A stretch of DNA of 64,000 bases from Minisyncoccales bacterium (GTDB taxonomy: Bacteria > Patescibacteriota > Minisyncoccia > Minisyncoccales > RBG-13-42-11): the NCBI GenBank assembly GCA_049700655.1, contig JBNAUV010000001.1, positions 551 to 64,550 on the forward strand, read 5' to 3'. The notes beneath the pieces were generated by a model. The model had not been told where the DNA came from. It worked only from the letters and a program-made list of their open reading frames with translations, and made no database searches. Positions 46,397 through 55,806 of the stretch are shown here, in pieces (positions within the stretch are counted from its first letter, which is position 1; each line of letters begins with the position of its first letter). A program made the position numbers and the translations under genes.

Positions 46397-47013
46397 AAAA
46401 AAATCCTTATCCTGGCAAATTTATTGTTTTTGAAGGGTTGGACGGATCGGGCCAATCAACTCAAGCCAGCCTGTTGAGCGAATTTTTAATTAAACAGAAT
46501 TTTGAAACAATTTTGACCAAAGAACCAACTGTTGATTCTTCAGCTGGTCAAAAAATAAAAGAAATTTTAGATGAAAAAATAAGCATCGCGCCAGATCAGT
46601 TGCAAATTTTATTTACCGAAGATAGGCGAGAACATTTAGATAAGGTAATCACGCCATCGCTAAAAGCGGATAAGCAGGTTATTTGTGACCGCTATTTTTT
46701 TTCTACTTTTGCCTATGGAACAGCCGAAGGCTTAAATCTAGACTGGTTGATTGAGATTAATGATGAATTTCTTTTGCCTGACCTAACTTTTCTTTTAAAA
46801 GTTTCACCAGAAATTTGTTTGCAACGGATAAAAAAAAGAGGTATGGGTATTAAACTTTTTGAAAAAAAAGAAAAATTAATTAAAGTTTGGCAGGTCTATG
46901 AATCTCTTTTGCCGCGTTTTGACAACATTTATTTAATTGATGGCGAAAAATCGATTAATGAAGTTTTTGAGGAGATTAAAAAAATAGTTGTTTCGCAAAT
47001 AATAAAAAAATAA
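46393..47013 (+). CDS. tmk: thymidylate kinase
   Basis: FIVFEGLDGSGQSTQ P-loop and a DRY-like motif (DRYFFS). Confidence 0.9.
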   Translation: MKKNPYPGKFIVFEGLDGSGQSTQASLLSEFLIKQNFETILTKEPTVDSSAGQKIKEILDEKISIAPDQLQILFTEDRREHLDKVITPSLKADKQVICDRYFFSTFAYGTAEGLNLDWLIEINDEFLLPDLTFLLKVSPEICLQRIKKRGMGIKLFEKKEKLIKVWQVYESLLPRFDNIYLIDGEKSINEVFEEIKKIVVSQIIKK

Positions 47014-47020
47014 AAAATCT

Positions 47021-47674
47021 ATGGCTGAAATTTTAAAAAATGCTGGCTCGCATCGAATCCTCGCGATTATGACTGGTTTAACTGGCGAGGATCCGCTTCA
47101 ATTGATTGAGCTGGCTGGTCGGACAGCGTATCAAAGCCGAGCCAAAATTAATAATGAATCAGCAGCCAAATTTGTGGCTATGCTGCGGGAGAGCGGTCAT
47201 GAAAGTGTGTTAGAACATAGTTGCCTGACTGTAGAATTTAATAATGTTTCTCGCGGTTTTACTCATGAATTGGTGCGTCACCGTTTAGCTGCTTATAATC
47301 AGGAGTCAACCCGTTATGTTGATGAAAGCAATTTTAAAGTAGTAATTCCGCCGGATAAAAATCAAAGCGAAAAATTAGTAGAATTAAATCTGCCCAATCA
47401 GACAAAAATTAAAGTTTCTTTTGAAGACTGGATGAATCTTAATGAACAGATGTATCGCGGATTGCGTCAAGCAGGTTGGTCAGCGCAAGATGCGCGGCAG
47501 GTTTTACCAATTGCTATTAAAGCCCAGATTGTTGTAACAGCCAATTTTCGCGAGTGGCGCCATATTTTTAAATTAAGAACTTCGGCTACGGCTCATTGGG
47601 AAATTCGGCAAGTAATGGCCAATTTGTTAGCCGATGTTAAAAAACGCGTGCCGATAATTTTTGACGATCTCTAA
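47021..47674 (+). CDS. thyX: flavin-dependent thymidylate synthase ThyX
   Basis: The ThyX signature RHRxxxxxxxS is present (VRHRLAAYNQES). Confidence 0.88.
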   Translation: MAEILKNAGSHRILAIMTGLTGEDPLQLIELAGRTAYQSRAKINNESAAKFVAMLRESGHESVLEHSCLTVEFNNVSRGFTHELVRHRLAAYNQESTRYVDESNFKVVIPPDKNQSEKLVELNLPNQTKIKVSFEDWMNLNEQMYRGLRQAGWSAQDARQVLPIAIKAQIVVTANFREWRHIFKLRTSATAHWEIRQVMANLLADVKKRVPIIFDDL

Positions 47675-47677
47675 ACA

Positions 47678-48952
47678 ATGAAAATTTCAAAAATCGACCC
47701 ATTAATTTTTAATTTAATTAAAAAGGAAATTGTTCGACAGAAACAAGGTTTGAATTTAATTGCTTCAGAAAATTATGCCAGCCCGGCAGTTTTAGCAGCC
47801 ATGGCCACGCCGTTGAGTAATAAATATTCAGAAGGTTATCCGGGCAGAAGATATTATAGCGGCAATGAATTTATTGACCAAATTGAACAAATTGCTATTG
47901 AACGAGCAAAAAAATTATTTAAGGCTGAACACGCTAATGTCCAACCACACTCAGGTTCGCAAGCCAACGCCGCAGTTTATTTGGCTTTATTAAATTATGG
48001 CGACCGAGTTTTGGGTTTTGATTTATCGGCTGGTGGTCATTTAACTCATGGTTCGCCAATTAATTTTTCTGGTCAGCTTTATCATTTTGCTTGTTATAGT
48101 GTTGATCCACGGACTGAAAAAATTGATTATGAACAAGTGGCTAAAATTGCTCGAAAGTTTAAACCCAAATTAATTATTGCCAGCACCACTTCTTATTCAC
48201 GTCAACTTGATTTTAGAAAATTTAGAAAAATTGCCGATCAGGTTAGCGCTTATTTAATGGCTGACATTGCTCATATTGCCGGCTTGGTGGTAACTGGTTT
48301 TCATCCTCACCCATTTCCTTATTGCGATGTGGTAACCACCACAACTCATAAAACCTTGCGCGGCCCGCGCGGCGGTTTAATTTTATGTAAGAAAAAAGAC
48401 CATCTTAATTATAAAAATAAATTAAGTTTAGCTGAAAAAATTGATAAAGCTGTTTTTCCCGGCACGCAGGGCGGACCCCTAGAGCATGTTATTGCCGCCA
48501 AAGCTGTTTGTTTCCAAGAAGCCTTTCAGCCAACTTTTAAACAATATCAAAAACAGATTATTTTAAATGCCCGGGCGATGGCTGATGAATTTATGAAGGC
48601 CGGCCTTCGAGTGATTAGTGGCGGCACGGATAACCATTTATTGGTAGTTGATGTTGCTCTTTTTGTTAAAAGCGCGCGGATTATTCAAGATGAACTTGCT
48701 AAAGTCGGTATTTATGTTAATTGCAACGCTATTCCCTTTGACCCCCGGCCATCTTATCATCCTTCGGGGATTCGGATTGGTTCACCGGCCATTACAACGC
48801 GAGGCTTTAAAGAAAAAGAGGCGCGGCAAGTTGCTCAATTAATTATTCAGTTAATTAAAAATTTGAAAAATAATCAAATTAAAAAAGCAATTAAGAAACA
48901 AGTAGCCAGATTGACCAAAAAATTTCCTATTTATGGTGATTTTCAATGGTAA
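47678..48952 (+). CDS. glyA: serine hydroxymethyltransferase
   Basis: Conserved PLP-lysine region (TTTTHKTLRGPRGG). Confidence 0.95.
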   Translation: MKISKIDPLIFNLIKKEIVRQKQGLNLIASENYASPAVLAAMATPLSNKYSEGYPGRRYYSGNEFIDQIEQIAIERAKKLFKAEHANVQPHSGSQANAAVYLALLNYGDRVLGFDLSAGGHLTHGSPINFSGQLYHFACYSVDPRTEKIDYEQVAKIARKFKPKLIIASTTSYSRQLDFRKFRKIADQVSAYLMADIAHIAGLVVTGFHPHPFPYCDVVTTTTHKTLRGPRGGLILCKKKDHLNYKNKLSLAEKIDKAVFPGTQGGPLEHVIAAKAVCFQEAFQPTFKQYQKQIILNARAMADEFMKAGLRVISGGTDNHLLVVDVALFVKSARIIQDELAKVGIYVNCNAIPFDPRPSYHPSGIRIGSPAITTRGFKEKEARQVAQLIIQLIKNLKNNQIKKAIKKQVARLTKKFPIYGDFQW

Positions 48953-49751
48953 AAAAATTGCCCATCAGCTTTTGGTCAATTTAAAAAAGAAAATTAAAAA
49001 AGAAAAAGTTGAACCAGTTTTAGCAGTTATTTCAGTTGGCGAAGATTTGTCTTCAAAAGTTTTTATTCGCAATAAAAAAAGAGCGGCCAAACAGGTTGGC
49101 GTTAAAATTCGTCATTACCATTTTAATCAAAAGATAAGACAGGAGAAAATAGTTAATTTGATTAAAAAATTAAATAAAGATAAATCCATTAATGCCATAA
49201 TTATCCAGTTGCCTTTACCTAAAAAGTTTAGCGCTGCCAAAGTTATTGGTTTAATTTCACCGGCTAAAGATGTAGATGGTTTTAACAAAAATAGCCATTT
49301 TCAGCCACCGCTAATCTTAGCAATCCTAACAGCGCTAAAGAGAGCTAGTTCTTTAAAAGAATTAAAAAAGAAAAAAATTGTGGCTTTGGTTAATTCTGAG
49401 ATTTTTGGTCAAACTCTAAAATTATATTTGCAAAAAGAGGGATTAAGAGTTAATTATTTAAAAAGACCATTTAACTATCGATTAAGCCGTTTAAGGTCAG
49501 CTGATGTGATTATTACTGTTTGCGGTCAACCTGGTTTGATTAAAGGTGAAATGATCAAGGCTGGAGTTATTTTAATTGATGGTGGTATTATTGTTTTGCC
49601 TAATAAACAAGTCATAGGCGACATTGATCAAACCGGTGTAAGAAAAAAAGCACAATTTTTAACACCTGTTCCAAAAGGTCTCGGCCCATTAACTATTGCT
49701 TATTTATTAAAAAATGTTTATGAAGCTTCAAAATTTAGCCCAAATTATTGA
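48933..49751 (+). CDS. folD: bifunctional 5,10-methylene-THF dehydrogenase/cyclohydrolase
   Basis: Conserved FolD core (VGEDLSSKVFIRNKKRAAKQVGV, IIQLPLPK, PGGIGP-like region). Confidence 0.88.
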   Translation: MVIFNGKKIAHQLLVNLKKKIKKEKVEPVLAVISVGEDLSSKVFIRNKKRAAKQVGVKIRHYHFNQKIRQEKIVNLIKKLNKDKSINAIIIQLPLPKKFSAAKVIGLISPAKDVDGFNKNSHFQPPLILAILTALKRASSLKELKKKKIVALVNSEIFGQTLKLYLQKEGLRVNYLKRPFNYRLSRLRSADVIITVCGQPGLIKGEMIKAGVILIDGGIIVLPNKQVIGDIDQTGVRKKAQFLTPVPKGLGPLTIAYLLKNVYEASKFSPNY

Positions 49752-50421
49752 TCAAACTTTTCTTAAAAAAGACGCCACTTTAACGGAATTAAAAAGGGTT
49801 TGCGAAGAGGCCAAACAATATGGTTTTCGTGGGTTGTGTATTTTTCCAAAACACACTAAATTGGCAAAGAATTTTCTAAAAAATAGTAATCTTAAAGTAA
49901 TTACTTTAATTGATGAGCCAACTGGCGCTAGTTTACATCGACAGCGTTTGGCTTTAGTAAAAAAAGCCAAAAAAAATGGTAGCGATGAAGTTGATGTGGT
50001 GATGAAAATTGATTATTTCAAAAACGAACGATACACGGAAGTTTTCCAAGACTTAAAAGAAATTTGTCGAATTTTGCCCACTAAAGTGATTATTGGCTCT
50101 GGTTATTTGACTGATGAGGAAATTAAAAAAGCTTCAGCAATGGTTGAGAAAGCGGGTGCGATTTGTGTTAAAACCGCCACTTTAAAAGACCCATTGGATA
50201 ATTTCGAATTAAAAGAAAAAGCCAAGCATATTAGAATAATGCGAGCCAGTGTAAAAAAGATATTAGTCAAAGCTTCAGGCGCAATTAGAACTTTGGCTGA
50301 TTTAAAATTAATGGTTGAAGCCGGAGCTGATATTATTGGTACAAGTTCCGGTAAAGAAATTGTTGATGAGAGTATGGGTTTGAAAAATTTTTCTTTAGAA
50401 ACTTGGCGAAAAAATGAGTAA
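49714..50421 (+). CDS. deoC: deoxyribose-phosphate aldolase
   Basis: IDQTFLKKDAT (IDHTLLKPDAT-like), VKTATL, and KASGAIRT with the Schiff-base lysine region. The start is uncertain because it overlaps the folD 3' end. Confidence 0.8.
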   Translation: MFMKLQNLAQIIDQTFLKKDATLTELKRVCEEAKQYGFRGLCIFPKHTKLAKNFLKNSNLKVITLIDEPTGASLHRQRLALVKKAKKNGSDEVDVVMKIDYFKNERYTEVFQDLKEICRILPTKVIIGSGYLTDEEIKKASAMVEKAGAICVKTATLKDPLDNFELKEKAKHIRIMRASVKKILVKASGAIRTLADLKLMVEAGADIIGTSSGKEIVDESMGLKNFSLETWRKNE

Positions 50422-50430
50422 TTTTTATCT

Positions 50431-51882
50431 ATGAAATATCAACCCATTATTGGTTTAGAAATTCATATTGAATTAAATACCAAAACAAAAATATTTTGTT
50501 CTTGTTTGAATAATCCAGACGAACGGCGACCCAATGTTAATATTTGTCCAGTTTGTACTGCTCAGCCCGGTACTTTGCCAGTGATTAACCAAGAAGCGGT
50601 AAAAAAAACAATTAAAGCCGGTATAGCTCTTAATTGTCAAATTGCTAAATTTTCTAAATTCGATCGGAAAAATTATTTTTATCCGGATCTGCCCAAGGGT
50701 TATCAAATTTCTCAATATGATCAACCGCTCTGTTTTAATGGTTTTTTAGAAATTGATAGTAAAAAAATTAGGATTAGAAGGGTCCACTTGGAAGAAGATA
50801 CAGGCCGTTTGATTCATCCAGTGGGCGTTGATTATTCTTTGGTTGATTTTAATCGGGCTGGTGTGCCTTTAATGGAATTAGTCACTGAGCCAGATATTAG
50901 TTCGGCGGTTGAAGCAAGAAAATTTTCCGAAGAGCTTCATTTGATTATGCATTATTTAGATATTTCAGATGCAGACATGGAAAAAGGGCAAATGCGGGTA
51001 GAAGTGAATATTTCTTTAATGAGAGATAATCAATTGGGTACCAAAGTCGAGATTAAAAATCTTAATTCGTTTCGTAGTGTAGAAAGGGCAATTGAATATG
51101 AGATTAAAAGACAAACTGAGATTTTAGAGAGCGGGGAGAGAGTAATTCAAGAAACGCGGGGTTGGGATGAGGTAAAGGGTATAACTGTTTCGCAAAGAAT
51201 GAAAGAGGAGGCACATGATTATCGTTATTTTCCCGAACCAGATTTGCCACCCTTGCAGTTAAGCCGGGAATTTATTCAAAAAATTAAAGCAGAAATCCCT
51301 GAATTACCAATCCAAAAAAGAGAAAGATTAAAGAGAGAATATGGTTTAACTGAGAAAGAAATTGAAATGTTTGTTTATTATAAAGATTTAGGTGAATATT
51401 TTGAAAAGATAATTTCAGAATTTGACCCTCAACTTAATAAAGAACAACTTAAACGGTTAATTAAACTAGCCGCTAATTATTTAATTACTGATCTGCAGGG
51501 TTTGTTAAAAAATGAAAAATTGTCAATTCGGCAGTGTTTAATTACACCGGAAAATTTCGCTGAATTTGTTAGTTTAATTGATCAGGGAAAAATTTCTAGC
51601 CGAACAGCCAAAGAAATTTTATTAGAAATGTTTAAAACCGGTGTTGATCCGTCGCAATTAATTGAGGAAAAGGGTTTAACTCAAATTAGTGATGAAGAAG
51701 AAATAAAAACCGTAATTAAAGAAGTGATTAAAGAAAATTCGCCAGCCGTCGCTGATTGTCGAGCCGGCAAAAAGAATGCTCAACAGTTTTTAGTGGGTAA
51801 AGTAATGGCAAAAACCAAAGGCAAGGCCAATCCTCAACTTGTTCAGAACCTTTTAGAACAGCTCTTAGCAGAAAATAAATAA
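50431..51882 (+). CDS. gatB: Asp/Glu-tRNA amidotransferase subunit B
   Basis: IGLEIHIELNTKTKIFC..., RVHLEEDTG and a C-terminal YqeY-like domain. Confidence 0.95.
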   Translation: MKYQPIIGLEIHIELNTKTKIFCSCLNNPDERRPNVNICPVCTAQPGTLPVINQEAVKKTIKAGIALNCQIAKFSKFDRKNYFYPDLPKGYQISQYDQPLCFNGFLEIDSKKIRIRRVHLEEDTGRLIHPVGVDYSLVDFNRAGVPLMELVTEPDISSAVEARKFSEELHLIMHYLDISDADMEKGQMRVEVNISLMRDNQLGTKVEIKNLNSFRSVERAIEYEIKRQTEILESGERVIQETRGWDEVKGITVSQRMKEEAHDYRYFPEPDLPPLQLSREFIQKIKAEIPELPIQKRERLKREYGLTEKEIEMFVYYKDLGEYFEKIISEFDPQLNKEQLKRLIKLAANYLITDLQGLLKNEKLSIRQCLITPENFAEFVSLIDQGKISSRTAKEILLEMFKTGVDPSQLIEEKGLTQISDEEEIKTVIKEVIKENSPAVADCRAGKKNAQQFLVGKVMAKTKGKANPQLVQNLLEQLLAENK

Positions 51883-51888
51883 TTAAAT

Positions 51889-52821
51889 CTATTTACTCTT
51901 TAAGAAATTTTCAATTAATTTTTCAGCCTCTTTTTTGCTGGTGACCCAGCGGATTCGTTGGTCTCTTTTAAACCAGGTCATTTGTTGTTTGACCAGTCGT
52001 TCGCTTTCTTTTTGGATTGAATTAATCATTTCATTTTTTGTTATTTTCTTTTGTAGATATTGGGCAATATAACGATATTCCAAGCCAAATTCTTCTAATT
52101 TCTGCCAAGAAATGCCATTTTGATGGAGTTTTTTTACCTCAGCTATCATTCCTCTTTTTAATCTTTTTAAGAGTCGTTTTCTAATTAATTGCTTTAACTT
52201 ATTTTTATCTTTTTTTAAGCCAATCATTAAAACCGGATAAGGAAGTGGTTGGGACCCCACAGAGGGGATTGGCTTTTTTGTTTTTATAATAATTTCCAGC
52301 GCCCTAATTAATCTTCTTTTATTTTTTTTATCAATATCTTTAGCTCGACGCGGATCTAATTTTTTTAATTGACTGTAAAGTTCTTCTGTTGTTTGTTTTT
52401 CCAATTTTTTCCGGAGGCGCCAATTTGGCGGCACTTCTGGAATTAATATGCCGTCAACAACTGCTTGAATATAAAACCCCGTACCGCCGCATAAAATTGG
52501 TATTTTGCCCTTTTTAAAAATTTTCTCAATTGCTTTTAGCGCCAATCGGTGATATTGGGCCACCGTAAATCTTCTTTTAGGAGAGGCCACATCTAAAAGA
52601 TGATGGGGGATACCTTTCATTTCTTTTTTAGTAATTTTGGCCGTGCCAATATCCATTCCTCTATAAACTTGGCGTGAATCAGCCGAGATTACTTCGCCAT
52701 TGAATTTTTTAGCGATCTTCACTGCCAAATCTGACTTGCCAGAAGCAGTTGGTCCTAAAATAACAATAAGTTTCAATTTTTGGTTGGCATTTGACAAGAC
52801 TTTTGGCATTTTTACTCTCAT
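51889..52821 (-). CDS. miaA: tRNA dimethylallyltransferase
   Basis: IVILGPTASGKSDLAV and SADSRQVYRGMDIGTAK motifs. An alternative ATG lies at 52809. Confidence 0.92.
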   Translation of the reverse strand: MRVKMPKVLSNANQKLKLIVILGPTASGKSDLAVKIAKKFNGEVISADSRQVYRGMDIGTAKITKKEMKGIPHHLLDVASPKRRFTVAQYHRLALKAIEKIFKKGKIPILCGGTGFYIQAVVDGILIPEVPPNWRLRKKLEKQTTEELYSQLKKLDPRRAKDIDKKNKRRLIRALEIIIKTKKPIPSVGSQPLPYPVLMIGLKKDKNKLKQLIRKRLLKRLKRGMIAEVKKLHQNGISWQKLEEFGLEYRYIAQYLQKKITKNEMINSIQKESERLVKQQMTWFKRDQRIRWVTSKKEAEKLIENFLKSK

Positions 52822-52857
52822 TTTTACTCTAGGGTAATCTTATAAGTATATGAGATT

Positions 52858-52904
52858 CCCGAGGTTATGTTCCCGAGGTTATGTTCCCGAGGTTCGACCT
52901 CGGG
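52858..52904. repeat. 14-nt tandem repeat (CCCGAGGTTATGTT x2 plus a partial copy) ending in a perfect hairpin CCCGAGGT-tcg-ACCTCGGG
   Basis: Units at 52858-52871 and 52872-52885; hairpin at 52886-52904. The repeat encodes the last ~9 codons and the stop of the minus-strand miaB-like gene. Confidence 0.85.
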
Positions 52905-53976
52905 AAAATTTTCTTAAGATGGCTTCACGGTGTTTTTTTTCAGTTAAAGAAACACTATCTTTCAATTTAGCAGCCGCTGTGCCAGACCGCGGAGAATATT
53001 TGGCAATGTAGGCATTGTCAAATTTGATTTCTTTGAATAATTTGACTGTATTTTGAAATTGTTGTTTGGTTTCGCCAGGAAAACCAACAATAACATCAGT
53101 GGAGAGTTTGATCATTGGTATCTTTTCCCGAATTTTTTTTACTAAATTTTTATATTCTTTCACAGAATAATTTCGGTTCATCTTTTTTAAAATTTTATCA
53201 TCGCCGGATTGGACAGGCAAATTCAAGTATTGACCAAATTTTTTACATTGAGCCAGAGCATTAATTAGTTTATCAGAGAAGTTTTTAGGGTGGGGCGAAG
53301 TAAAGAAAAATCTAAATTGACCCGGCAAAGCATCAATTTTCTTGATTAGTTGAACAAAGTTGATTTTAGGATTAGCGGACGAGACATAATCATTTACATT
53401 TTGACCCAATAACCAAATTTCTTTATAGCCATTTTTAATTAATTTTTTGATTTCTTTTAGAATTTCTTGATGGGGTCGACAAACCAATGGTCCGCGAGTA
53501 AAGGGGACAACGCAATAAGAGCAAAAATTATTACAACCAGTTGAAATCGGCACAAAAGCCAAAGATTTATTTTGATATTTCGGTTCAATTCTAAAATAAT
53601 TGTGACGCATTGATTTACCATAACAAAATAATGCATCAGGTTTGTTTTTAATAATTTTTGGCCAATAGGATAATTCTTTAATATCTAAAATGAAATCGAA
53701 AATTTTGGCAAAATTTTTTCTATCTTCTTTCAAAATACAACCAGTTAAAACAGTTTTGAGTTTTTGTTTTTTATTTTTTAAGTTTTTAAGTTTTTGAGTT
53801 AATCCATAAACTCGATCAACCGCCGATTGCCTGACTGAACACATATTAACCACAATTAAATCAGCTTCATTAATTTTTGAAGCTGGCTGATAACCTTTGC
53901 TTTCTAAAATTGAAGCAATTCTCTCTGAATCCGATTTATTCATTTGGCAACCAAAAGTAATAATAAAATATTTCAT
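52879..53976 (-). CDS. miaB: MiaB-like radical-SAM methylthiotransferase lacking a TRAM domain
   Basis: N-terminal MTTase domain (FIITFGCQMN...VNMCSVRQSAVDRV...LTGC); radical-SAM CNNFCSYC. It ends after ~365 aa, so there is no C-terminal TRAM. It sits next to miaA. Start placed at the ATG at 53976. Confidence 0.8.
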   Translation of the reverse strand: MKYFIITFGCQMNKSDSERIASILESKGYQPASKINEADLIVVNMCSVRQSAVDRVYGLTQKLKNLKNKKQKLKTVLTGCILKEDRKNFAKIFDFILDIKELSYWPKIIKNKPDALFCYGKSMRHNYFRIEPKYQNKSLAFVPISTGCNNFCSYCVVPFTRGPLVCRPHQEILKEIKKLIKNGYKEIWLLGQNVNDYVSSANPKINFVQLIKKIDALPGQFRFFFTSPHPKNFSDKLINALAQCKKFGQYLNLPVQSGDDKILKKMNRNYSVKEYKNLVKKIREKIPMIKLSTDVIVGFPGETKQQFQNTVKLFKEIKFDNAYIAKYSPRSGTAAAKLKDSVSLTEKKHREAILRKFSRGRTSGT

Positions 53977-54000
53977 ATCTGACACCAAAAAAAGCCTACG

Positions 54001-54022
54001 CCTAATTTGTTGTCAAATTAGG
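54001..54022. promoter_or_regulatory. perfect palindrome CCTAATTTG-ttgt-CAAATTAGG (contains TTGACA on the minus strand), 30 nt upstream of the miaB-like start
   Basis: 9-4-9 perfect inverted repeat read directly from sequence. Confidence 0.6.
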
Positions 54023-54069
54023 TATTAATCTTATAATTGATTTAAGTAACAATTGGTTTAAATAAAAAA

Positions 54070-54128
54070 CAGCCATCTCTAAAATATCTCCAGCCATCTC
54101 TAAAATATCCCTTCACCTCTAAAATATC
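54070..54128. repeat. three direct repeats (CAGCCATCTCTAAAATATC x2 identical, plus a degenerate third) phased at 21 bp
   Basis: Copies start at 54070, 54091 and 54112. They lie in the spacer between the 536-aa membrane-protein gene's 3' end and the miaB-like 5' end. Confidence 0.85.
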
Positions 54129-54192
54129 TCTAATCTAATATTCCTAGAATACCGCAAGATAGAAAATATTTCAAGAAAGAATTAATAAAGAA

Positions 54193-55803
54193 TTAATGAA
54201 TTTTTTCTTTTTCTTCTTTTAGGAAAGAACGCCATTGTTCTATAAATTCAACAAAAAGTTGCAAAGGAAGGTCAATTAGGGCATTAAAGAAGATAGCCAA
54301 GGCATTATATTTTTTCCATTTATTTGATAACCAATGTCCGAAATTAACCAAGGGCAAAAAGATAATATCAAAAATAAAGCCAAAAAAACCGCTACGTTTT
54401 TCTTCCACAGTTAATTCTTCTGATTTATTTCTAATCGCTAAACCGGCAAAGGCAATAAGTGCTACAAAAATAATATTAACCACATAAGAAGTTATAGGCA
54501 ATTTTACCAATCTTAAAACCATAATAAGAAGACCAAAGGACAGGGCAGTGCTGGCTAAATATAAGAGAGCGATAAAAAATTTCATAATTAAACCTCGTTG
54601 ACGGGGGATTTTTAATTCATAAATTTCTGGGCGTTCGTTTCTATAGACAATTTTCATTGTTTCCAAAATTACTCTCTCTAAATTACTTTTTGCTGGCGGT
54701 CTAACAGTAATAACCAGAGAAAACATTAGCAAGGTTGGACCTAAAATATCAACCAGAATAGCCAGAGGAGTAAAGTGACCAGTGATTAATTTGGCTAAAG
54801 GAATTTCTAAAGTAAACCAAACAAGAATACCCTTACTTAAGAAAATAGATAAAGTGGAATAAATAGCAGCGCGGGAAAGACGTTTTTTAAGTGTATTTAA
54901 TCTCTGTTGATAAGCTTTTTTAATTAATCCTTCTAAAATTTCTGGTTGTGAAAATTTTTTATTGATTTCTGTTTCAATTTTATCAGTTAAGATATCACCT
55001 AATAGCAAGAAAGGTGTGTCATATTTTTCACAAATTTGATAAAACTTATCTTTGAGAGGATGATTTAATTCTTTTTCTATGGTTTCCCAAATAGAAAGAA
55101 TATCAAGTGTAATTTTCTGTAACTGTTCAGAAGGTAATTGACACCAAGTTGGAAATTTCTTTTTTAAAAGAAAATAGGCGAGAATGGGTTGGTCTAGTTT
55201 GAAAAGAGCCCTTTGGACCGCAATAAAGACCTGAATATATTTTTCTTCATTTGTCAGTCCGCCAAAAGAAATAACCCTTCTTTCCTGAATCACTATTCTT
55301 TCGTTCATAATGTTAGTCATATAATCAATTAAGAATATCTCTTTACGGGAAGATGAAAGCGCTTCTTCAATTTCACAAGCAGCAATGTTAAGCAGCCAAT
55401 TAGAAAAAGACAATTTTTTATTTTCCGGTATTGAAGAGGCATTGTTCAAGATATAAATATATTTATCTAATATTTTTTCTACTTCATTAATTTTTGTTTC
55501 CGGAATTTGGTCGTTAGGGAAGTGTCCGCCCCGAATCAAATCTAAAATTAATGGTTCAGCAATGGACTTACTTTGATTAGTAAAAAGAATTCGTCTTTTT
55601 AGATTGCGATTAATTGCCACCCTCTTCATTAAATGTTCCTCTTTCCATTCAATAATTTCTCTTATTTTTTCATAAAAACTGGCTACCTTTGAGGCCACTT
55701 CATCTACATGAATAGTAGAAACCATTTCTTTGGTTTTTAGTGATTCACGCCAAGTCGCAAAACGTTGCAGAAGATTTTCGGTTTGAGCAGAAAGTTGAGG
55801 CAT
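54193..55803 (-). CDS. hypothetical integral membrane protein (~300-aa cytoplasmic N-terminal domain plus ~6 C-terminal TM helices)
   Basis: Strongly hydrophobic C-terminal half; no identifiable catalytic motifs. Starts 3 nt after thrS, so it is probably co-transcribed with dnaE-thrS. Confidence 0.5.
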   Translation of the reverse strand: MPQLSAQTENLLQRFATWRESLKTKEMVSTIHVDEVASKVASFYEKIREIIEWKEEHLMKRVAINRNLKRRILFTNQSKSIAEPLILDLIRGGHFPNDQIPETKINEVEKILDKYIYILNNASSIPENKKLSFSNWLLNIAACEIEEALSSSRKEIFLIDYMTNIMNERIVIQERRVISFGGLTNEEKYIQVFIAVQRALFKLDQPILAYFLLKKKFPTWCQLPSEQLQKITLDILSIWETIEKELNHPLKDKFYQICEKYDTPFLLLGDILTDKIETEINKKFSQPEILEGLIKKAYQQRLNTLKKRLSRAAIYSTLSIFLSKGILVWFTLEIPLAKLITGHFTPLAILVDILGPTLLMFSLVITVRPPAKSNLERVILETMKIVYRNERPEIYELKIPRQRGLIMKFFIALLYLASTALSFGLLIMVLRLVKLPITSYVVNIIFVALIAFAGLAIRNKSEELTVEEKRSGFFGFIFDIIFLPLVNFGHWLSNKWKKYNALAIFFNALIDLPLQLFVEFIEQWRSFLKEEKEKIH

Positions 55804-55806
55804 AGT

